From Ruditapes philippinarum (taxonomy: Eukaryota): a DNA stretch of 64,000 bases. The translations under genes were made by a program, and so were the position numbers. Within the stretch, counting starts at the first letter, position 1, and each line of letters begins with the position of its first letter. Below, in pieces: positions 55,612-64,000 of the stretch. The notes under the pieces are model-generated. The model worked only from the letters and a program-made list of their open reading frames with translations, ran no database searches and was not told where the DNA came from. The stretch is taken from positions 1-64,000 of the forward strand of contig NW_026860755.1 of assembly GCF_026571515.1 (NCBI RefSeq), read 5' to 3'.

Positions 55612-55765
55612 ATTGTCCGCCATTATTTTGGTTTGGTAAATCATATCACGTGACTCAGATCCGAACATTTACGGAAATAATCGAAGGGCTTCCCGACAAA
55701 ATATAAATCTTATTTGACTAACCCTGTCAAATAAGAAAATGCATTTTTCATTTACGTCACGTAAG
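55612..55765 (-). promoter_or_regulatory. Putative housekeeping-type promoter motifs
   Basis: Cluster of a YY1-like ccgccattatt, E-box tcacgtgac, ETS-like cggaaat and CRE-like ttacgtca. Confidence 0.4.
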
Positions 55766-57284
55766 CACTACAGTGTTTAGTTGTCTCTTTCAATTTCACA
55801 CTAAATTCCATTTTCAACTTGTTTGCTTCTTACAATTGTATAGAATTTCTTAAAGTATTGCATGTAAACAAAGTATGTATCCGCTGGTATTACATGTATA
55901 ATGTGTACTGGTCTGAAAGTCAGCACAGATGATGCAGAATCTATTTTTAGCATAATGTTATCTTCTGGTCGAAGGCTATTACAATCTCATAGCAGGTTAA
56001 CTCATATCGTGACCTAGAAAACTATGTAAACAAAACACAAGAATCGGAAGTAAAACTGACTTCCCTCAATAAACATTACCATGAAAGACTACATGGGGGT
56101 AAAGTGTTGAAAAACTCCCTTGTTAAATGCATTTTCAAAAATAGATATTTATAATACTAACCAGTGAACTGTAGTCTAGTTTATTAATAACTGCTGGATA
56201 TTAAGCTAAACCCGCGGTATGAGTCACTAAAAGAGTTCTTATTTTAATAATGCGCGAGTTATTCTAAAGTCACGAAAAACTTTTGATGTTAATAAAAATG
56301 TTTTGTTTAATGGGAATATATTTATTTCCTGCTTATAATTTCTATGAATTATTGAGCTTACTCCTTAATTATAGCATAATTTGCTGTCCTACTTTTTCGA
56401 CAGCGGTAAATCGTTTCAGCAGTTATTTGCATAATTGCGCAATAATACTGCGGGGCTACAGCGTTTTTATCAATCAAATACGTTTATATTTTAGCTTGGA
56501 TAACTTAATTTGAAATTAAAAAGGCTAAATATGGAAGTTTTTAAGATATCCCGACGAAGTATGGGAGTTTCATAGGATCAAATTCATGTACTATTTCTTG
56601 GGCTGTTATTCGGTTGAGGATACATTGCGCAATTGTAGCCAACGAAATCCCATGTGTAGATGACATTAATATAGGTATACTCTAAAGAAATAATAGTATG
56701 AATATGCCTATTTATCACAACAATAAATAATATATAATTAATTGTTGTGATCATAATTTTATTCTTATAATATGTGATAAATGTACGTAACATAATGTGA
56801 AATAGAAATTAATATTATTTGATCTCAGAAAAAAAAATCTGTCCAGTATATCATATTTAAGAATGGACTTTAATGCCAGTTCTCAAGAAAATATATTTGT
56901 TTCCATCAAAGGACCCCATTGGAAATAAGTTCTCTATTTAATATTGAACTTTTAAGGGTTATCCTTTGTTGTATATATTGTCATGAAATCAAGTATATAG
57001 GTCAACATATTTTGTCCTAAGTTAAAATTGTGCTTGATACAAAATACGTGGCAATTGATCGTCATGTGAAATACTCGTCAAATATATATTTGTTACAGTA
57101 ATATTCTATTAACTGTACATTAGATTTATTTGGAAAAAGATTTAACAATGACTAGACCAATCAGATTTACAGGAAAAAATTGTATGCAATAAAGTTTTGT
57201 ATTGTATCTGTGCTGTTTCCAGTTTAGTTTTTACATTTGTGTCAAGGTAAACAATTGAGTCACCATTTTATTATAAATATTGTT

Positions 57285-57581
57285 ACCGTTGGCCTAGTGG
57301 TGAAGACGTCCGCCTTCGGATCAACAGGTCGAAAGTTCGAGCCTCACATGGAGCGTTAATTTAAGGATGAATTTTTCACGTGGGACTCGTTCCGAAATTG
57401 CGCTACGTGAGCAACGTGGTAGTTAAAATGAATAGTTACCGATTTTTATCCAACTGGCGCCTGGCATAGTGATAAGAGTTGGGAGGTTAATGTTATGCAA
57501 GCAAACGGTGTCTCATAAGTCAGAAATTGCTGGCCCTTTCAGTAGGAATGACACCATATTAAACAAGGCCTTTACTTTTTA
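57285..57581 (+). mobile_element. Degenerate tRNA-derived SINE
   Basis: A box tggcctagtgg, B box agttcgagcc and a tttacttttt tail. Confidence 0.6.
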
Positions 57582-57754
57582 CAGTGGCTGCATATTGTTT
57601 TGACATATTTAAGTAAACGCATAATATATAAATAATTACATAATTTTGCAATTTTCTTTACATGTCGTTTTTAAGCTGTCCATTGTTAGCATTGTCCATT
57701 GTTGATGAGAAAAGCATTGCATCCACACATATATTTCCATGCTTAATCTAAGGC

Positions 57755-57825
57755 CCTACTCCGCCATTAAAGCTTGAAAGTCGCCATATGTCCTTAACAG
57801 TGTCGGTGCGACATAAAACCAATGA
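57755..57825 (+). mobile_element. 3' fragment of a Meta-type SINE
   Basis: aaagcttgaaagtcgccatatgtccttaacagtgtcggtgcgacataaaacc matches the tail of the SINEs at 9308 and 9808. Confidence 0.65.
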
Positions 57826-57854
57826 AGTGTAAACCAATTTTATTCTTTCAAGTA

Positions 57855-58650
57855 ATGGCGACCTAAACGGATCACTTCTCTGTCGTCTGTCTGTCTATCT
57901 GTCCGTCCGTCAGAAAACTTCTTGTCCAGACTACTCCACAAAAACTTCTAGTGTAGTTTCAGTCAAACATTTCATCAAGTCTAGCTGTGCATATCATCTG
58001 CATTTTCCGGTTCAACGATTTTTGTCAGAGAAATGGCCCTTCAATGGTTTTTATTTTTAAAATTTATCCAGACTACTATTATATACTAAAGCAATTTCAA
58101 TGAAATTTTACAGGATTGATCTGTAGCTCAAGTTTTTGCGCATGTTACACGTGTTTTCCGATTGAATCATTAGGGTTGAGCTATGGATGGCCCTTGAATA
58201 ACACGGTGTTGTTAGCATCTCTTATGCCACTAATACTATTTCAGTGAAACTTTAAGGATTGATTGGTGGCTGAAGTACTTGTGATATTAGACATCTTTTC
58301 TGCTTGAATGATTTTTGGCCAAGATATGGCCCTTGAATAAGAAAAGTTTTGCATATCATCAGCATTTATTTTGTTCATGAGTTTTTGTTGAGTAATGGCC
58401 CTTTAATAATTTTTATTTTTGAATATTTTCCGAAATACTACGCTCATACCACTAATGCAATTTTAATAAAACTTTATAGGATTGATAAATAGCTTAAGTA
58501 CTTGCACATATGACACTGGTATTCCAGTTTAATGATGTTTAGCTAAGTTATGGCCCTTATATGTAAATTGCGTATTGCCTTGTTAATGAGTTGTGTGTCT
58601 CCTGCTACACAATAGCTGCAACATGCATTGGCTATAATGAGGCGACACAT
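57855..58650 (-). repeat. Old HINE/pearl-like element with degenerate tandem monomers
   Basis: (tctg/tccg)n microsatellite followed by repeated atggccctt...tgaaacttta.aggattgat blocks. Confidence 0.55.
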
Positions 58651-58949
58651 ATGATTGTTAATAATAATCAATCAGGATAAATCTGCTACAATGGAATTAC
58701 ATGTATTTGAAATAATGATTTTAATAAAGTTTAATTCTTTTATTTAGAAAATATACGGTGATCATACATAAAGAAAATGAATCCAATGTAGACATACAAA
58801 CCTGATACAAGCGTTCAGAAATGTCGTTTCTCTACAGTCACTGGCATTAGTGAATGATTTATCTAACACATTTAAGATAAAACATAGTAAATAACAATGT
58901 GCAGTTAAAACATTCACAATGGTCAAACGTTTTAAGATAGATAAATACA

Positions 58950-59227
58950 GAATCCCTAAAGAAAGTCCAATACGACAAAACTGTAAATGTTGCAGGCTCG
59001 GTTTGATTGAGCCTGTTCATGGACGGTAATGGAAAGTGCAAGTTACCGTCCACGCCCCCTAGCACCGGCTTAAGCAGAATTCAACATTTAAACATGAAAT
59101 AGTAAAATTTCGAATTTAGAAACATCGGCAGATGTGTTCATACGGCGGTTATCATGGAACCTTCAATGTGACACTTCCGTGCCATTCCATGAAAAGCGGC
59201 GTATGGTCCCCAAGTAATAAAAAGCGT
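58950..59227 (-). ncRNA. Unassigned structured RNA-like element, subfamily A, copy A2
   Basis: End-to-end homologue of 7204-7482 with differences concentrated in loops and linkers. Has a compensatory catacg/cgtatg stem and a GGAA tetraloop on tggcac/gtgtca. Confidence 0.72.
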
Positions 59228-61249
59228 TAAGAGTTTTGTCTGTGTTGTAATTATAGTGATATCTATCATAGTTTTAAAAAGTATTATACATGTATTTCTT
59301 ATTTTAATCATTTGGAATGTTTTGAATAAAAGAGTTTGGAATATATTCTTCAAATATATTTCAATAATGAAATTAAGTTACTTTCAAGTTTCAAATTATG
59401 TTATACATGCACGTAGTAAAATCTATTTGATGAGGAATTCAATCTGAAAATGATTTATTTCAGAAATAAACCCAAACATATATACTAACAAAAGTGCTAA
59501 GTATTCCGATTGTTTATATTAATTTCCTTACAAATATTTAATTGTCATTTTGTAACTTTAAATAAACTGATAATCGTGTATTTTAAGATTTTGAAGTAGA
59601 TAAATGAATAAATAAATAATAATGACGATGATACTGATGATGATAATAGATAATAAAAAACACATTTGTACTGAAAATTTATATGGAAATTGTAACAAGT
59701 GAAGTTCGCATAAGCTTAATGATTTGTTGTTTTTAACGAATGATTGGTTCATATATAAATACAAAGGTAATTTGACTATGTGTACCTTATACAATTGTAA
59801 GTTTTATTTTAATATATACACATATGAATTCGGAGTACTAAGTGTTCAAAAATCGGAGTGCTAATTCTAAGTTTACAACTGATCCTCTATGTACATACCC
59901 TGAGAAAAAATATATTTCCAAATGTCATTTATATTTCTACAAGATATATAGACAAGATAAAAGATAAATACATTTCCATTCATAATATTGAATACATGAA
60001 AAATGCATTAAAGTATTAAATATATTTGGAAATATGAACGTGGTTTGATACATTTTGTTGGATATTAAGACGGTTAATATCTTAACGCATGGCTATTTTA
60101 ACATGTTAACTTGTACTTGAACTCATAGTATGTAGTGTCTAAAATGTAGTGTATACTTGAAAGTTTAGTATAAAATTAAAACATTAGAAACTGGCTGTAA
60201 AATTTACTGCCTCCTATAATTCAATCGTAAATGTGCAATCTAGTTCTACGTATTTTCAGCAAATCAATACATCACGTTGCTGGAAAAATAATGCAATTCA
60301 TTTAAGAACAGATACACAGTATCAACGTTCGTATATAGGTAAATAGTATATTACCTAAATAACATAATACATATATACGTTTATAATCATACTGTCAAGA
60401 ATATTCGCAAATTTAAATTTACTAGGAATACAGTAGTTTTAAAGTGATCAAGTTTGCAAAAGTCATTAAACTATATTATTATTATGATGGTATTTGTAAT
60501 TCCAATCTGTTGTAATCTTATTGTAATATTCATCGGCATGGGCACAGCACATTTGGTTCCAAATTCAATTATAAATTTATATTTCTTAAAGGATAAAAAA
60601 TGCTCTATTGACTCTTTCATAGCAAATGAAAATATGGATCGACGAGTTATGTCTTTTAACATTAAAATGATTTTAAAAGATAAATACATTAATTTTGATT
60701 AAGGGCCACGTTGAAATTCTATGACTGTTTATCTACAAGTTAGAAATGCACACTCATACTGATAAAGTAAACGAAAAGAACTCATCAGAATTGTCAACAT
60801 GCAGTATTATGAGGTTGTTATACATTGTTGATTTCAACCCTGAATTCTATAGAAAGAGTACACAACAGCCATATCTATAATGGACGAGGTGCTGGCCTAT
60901 CCTGATATAGGTTTAGCAGCTTTTATGAGTCCAAAGAATCAGTTTTGTTCTCAACAATGTTTACTAAAATCTTTTTTTCACATTTTATGTTTGACATTAT
61001 GGTAATACAACATCGAATTGATATAAGTTTTTTACCTTGAAAATTGAAAACGAGGCTATATTGGGTGTGATATGCACTTGATATGGATGTTTTGAACTCT
61101 AGAAGTGGAAACGAGGCTAAGTTGATAAGATAGTATCTGACAATGATTTCTATTGGAACAAACGTTGTTCAAACGCTGAAAGTTCATTGATTATATTTTA
61201 TAAGGTGTTAAATAAAATATGAATATCAAATTTCAACTTTTCTTTCCAG

Positions 61250-61810
61250 ATCAAATTAAAAACAACCAGATACTTCCATTACAAATGTTCAACGGACTAG
61301 AAAATCATCAAAACAATAAAGCATTTGTCATCACTTCTACATTAACCACCCAAAAAGATTCAGAGAATGATAGAGAACATCTTTATGAAGAACGCCGACA
61401 CGCGATAAATGAAGGATGTAAGAAAATTAACCGCACTTAACTGGACAGGACGGAAATATCAAGTAGAACTACAGGACTGATAATCGACAAAATTCATTCC
61501 ATCTATTATTGTCCAATTCAAAAGTTAGTTCAACGTTTTGGAAACGAGTGCTTACTGTTATGGCTAGCAAGGGTAAACTCAATTCACCATTTGATATTAC
61601 TTTAGACGATGTAAGTTTGGCTAAAATAAATGATATCTCAAAGCGCAAGTTGAATAGTCTGAACACGAAAGGGACGTCGTTTATAGTCGCAAGAAACCCG
61701 TACGCTCGACTATTCTCTGCATATGAAAATAAAATTTATCACTCTAATGCGATGTTTTGGAAAGAGTTTGGCAGACATATAGTGCATGTTATAAGAAAAG
61801 ACAAAATTGG
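61250..61810 (+). pseudogene. Carbohydrate sulfotransferase (Sulfotransfer_2, CHST11-like) exon, disrupted and truncated
   Basis: Acceptor tttctttccag ends at 61249. The 5'-PSB motif YYCPIQK/VSSTFWKRVL is split by a 1-nt frameshift in an A run. 3'-PB motif FIVARNPYARLFSAYENK. In-frame TAA at 61438-61440. C-terminal half absent. Confidence 0.8.
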
Positions 61811-61899
61811 GAAAACAACCAATCAAAATAGGCATAGAATAATTTCAGTAGATGATGAAAGTCAATCAATAAATTATGCTGGGAAAAGTATAGAAAGGA

Positions 61900-62324
61900 C
61901 TGTACATGAAAATCATACACGTATAAATGAAGGCATTGGAAGCAAAATGAATGATATGAAAAAAGATGAAACAAAAAAGAAAAAGGAAAGCAGTGAAACT
62001 ATGGCCGAAAAAATGAAGAAAACGGAAAATGAAGAAGTTATTAGTCATAGACAAATTATTGTGAGATTTGTATCAAGAATGAAAAGAGATAAACTACTGA
62101 GAAATAGGTAGTATTTAAAAGGAAGCAATATATTTGTAAGTGAAGATTTAACGCGTGTTAATATGCATGTTTTGATGGTAATCAAAAAGATTGATCCAAC
62201 AAAGGTTATAAATGCCTGGTCAAAAAATGGAAAGATTTTCTATAAAAGCAGCAGTGGAAATGTGATCTTTGTGCCCTATCAAGAATATCATAAGTGGCTT
62301 AATATTTTGTGGAATAATGTCTAA
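61900..62324 (+). mobile_element. LINE ORF1-like C-terminal fragment (L2/CR1/Crack-type), with a stop codon
   Basis: Charged coiled-coil-like stretch, then RQIIVRFVSRMKRDKLLRNR*YLKGSNIFVSEDLT...AWSKNGKIFYK, which fits the IIVRF / I.EDLT / W..NGKI pattern of such ORF1 proteins. Confidence 0.65.
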
Positions 62325-62857
62325 TAGATGAAAACAATATAAATAAAAGAGAAACATATAAAGTTTCATTATATATATATAATACATTATCAGAAAAATC
62401 AAGTCCCTGTGGAAAAATCATTTACAGGCCACTTCTAACAGTTAATACACAACTTCATGATTTTTGGTGTGTAAAAAAGTGTGAGAAATATCCTTTTTAT
62501 AAAGACACTTTTTATTGTAAGTTAAATATAGTAAATACACAATTTCATGAATTTTGTACATTTTTTGATTGTTTTTGTTAATTTTGTATTTTGTTTTTTT
62601 GTTTTTTCATTTTTTATGTTAGAAGAATTACATGAGTTAAAACTGGGACCTTTTCTCACATGTTTTACGTGATTTTATATAATCTTTAGCCTACTATTTA
62701 GATTTTTTTTTTCTCATATACATGAAACTTTTTTAAGTTACTATAGTTTTTGGAGTTATACTGTTAAATAGATTGTTAAATAAAAGTCATTAAACATGTT
62801 TGCTAGAATCATAAAAAGAATACGAATATATAAGAACTAAACCAATTGTTATACTGC

Positions 62858-63061
62858 NNNNNNNNNNNNNNNNNNNNNNNNNNNNNNNNNNNNNNNNNNN
62901 NNNNNNNNNNNNNNNNNNNNNNNNNNNNNNNNNNNNNNNNNNNNNNNNNNNNNNNNNNNNNNNNNNNNNNNNNNNNNNNNNNNNNNNNNNNNNNNNNNNN
63001 NNNNNNNNNNNNNNNNNNNNNNNNNNNNNNNNNNNNNNNNNNNNNNNNNNNNNNNNNNNNN
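62858..63061. other. Assembly gap (N run)
   Basis: Read directly from the sequence. Confidence 1.
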
Positions 63062-64000
63062 TGTTTGCAAATTTTGTTTATACACAGTTTGCAATAAATG
63101 AAAAGTTAAATGTCATTTGTGTTTAGTATGTTTAGGCATGTTTTGTTTATTACAAGTAACTACTGATTCTATATACATAGTACACTTATAAAGTATATTA
63201 GAAAGATAAACATCCTGTATTGTGATACCTTTTTTCACAATGTTGAAAAATTTTCAGAAAAATATAAATTTTAATTTGTTTCAATAGTTTATATATATGT
63301 ATTGTCTTTGTATGAATTAAAGTAATGGTGTTATGTTTTTCAAAGAGAACAAACTTTGTCTCAAAGTTATCATGCTTACTTAGTGTATTAAGTAGATTAA
63401 TTTTCCTTTTCATCCTATTTCCAAACATATGGAAGTTGATAAGTCTTTGCCATCAATAGAAACTTTTTCAAAAGTTGTTTAGCATGTCAGTAACTGTTTT
63501 TTTATTTGTTTTTTATGTTGTTTTTCTTTCCCTTTTTTGTTTTAGACATACCATATGTTTTGTCTATGACAAAATGATTTTTTCCTTTTGTATGTCTTTG
63601 AGGTTTTCGAACTTTTTTATCCTTAAAAGACACACTTAAGAAGGAGACTGATACTTTTTCTGTTTGTGGTTTTTATCTAAATCTTACAGATTATTTAAAA
63701 CTAAGGATTATTAGACTTCCAATAAGTGTTGTTTCTTATTACTTTTTAGTCCCATATCACTGATAAAATATAAATAACACAGATAAAAGAGAAAAATCTA
63801 CGTAAGATTTTAAAGTATAAGAATTCTTGATTTTATTTGTCATTGAAAATTGAATAAGATAAACAACATATACTGAATTCAAAATAATTAAACAAGTTAT
63901 TTTTTATAAAATTTTTAAAGAGGTTTAAGTCAAATACTTAAGCACATTTTTTTATATGATTTGTAATAAATATTTGTATGTATGTATGTATATTTGCATT

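Noticed and set aside
58996-59015. GGTTTGATT on the opposite strand as a Pol III B box or tRNA-derived SINE head
   Set aside because: The invariant C of GTTCRA is T in every copy that retains the motif, no A box or cloverleaf is present, and wobble pairs favour the other strand.
62846-63097. ORFs spanning the N run, and most other 60-100 aa ORFs in the track
   Set aside because: They are artefacts of the gap, antisense shadows of real ORFs, or low-complexity AT-rich frames with no recognisable motifs.

Overview
AT-rich, repeat-dense eukaryotic DNA. The repeat types (Meta/CORE-type tRNA SINEs, HINE/pearl-like elements with ~140-150 bp internal satellites, a long-TIR MITE) point to a bivalve mollusc, possibly a venerid clam (inference). 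The only clearly intact protein-coding gene is an intronless, bacterial-looking NAD-dependent sugar epimerase/dehydrogenase (22629-23561, -). Other features are a decayed mariner, a defective Ty3/Gypsy element with a -1 frameshift signal and an accessory C2H2 zinc-finger ORF, a 3-kb duplication, a MULE-like foldback element in a putative first exon, a broken carbohydrate sulfotransferase fused to a LINE ORF1-like fragment, and an N gap. The main unexplained signal is a family of about 12 full or partial copies of a ~270-285 nt structured element at 8 loci on both strands (7.2-59.2 kb), some head-to-tail. The copies keep near-invariant loop motifs (GGTGCTAGGGG, TTGCACTT, AATCAAACC) while their stems show at least 9 compensatory base-pair changes. 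This indicates a conserved RNA fold that I cannot assign to any family I know. All alignments were done by eye.
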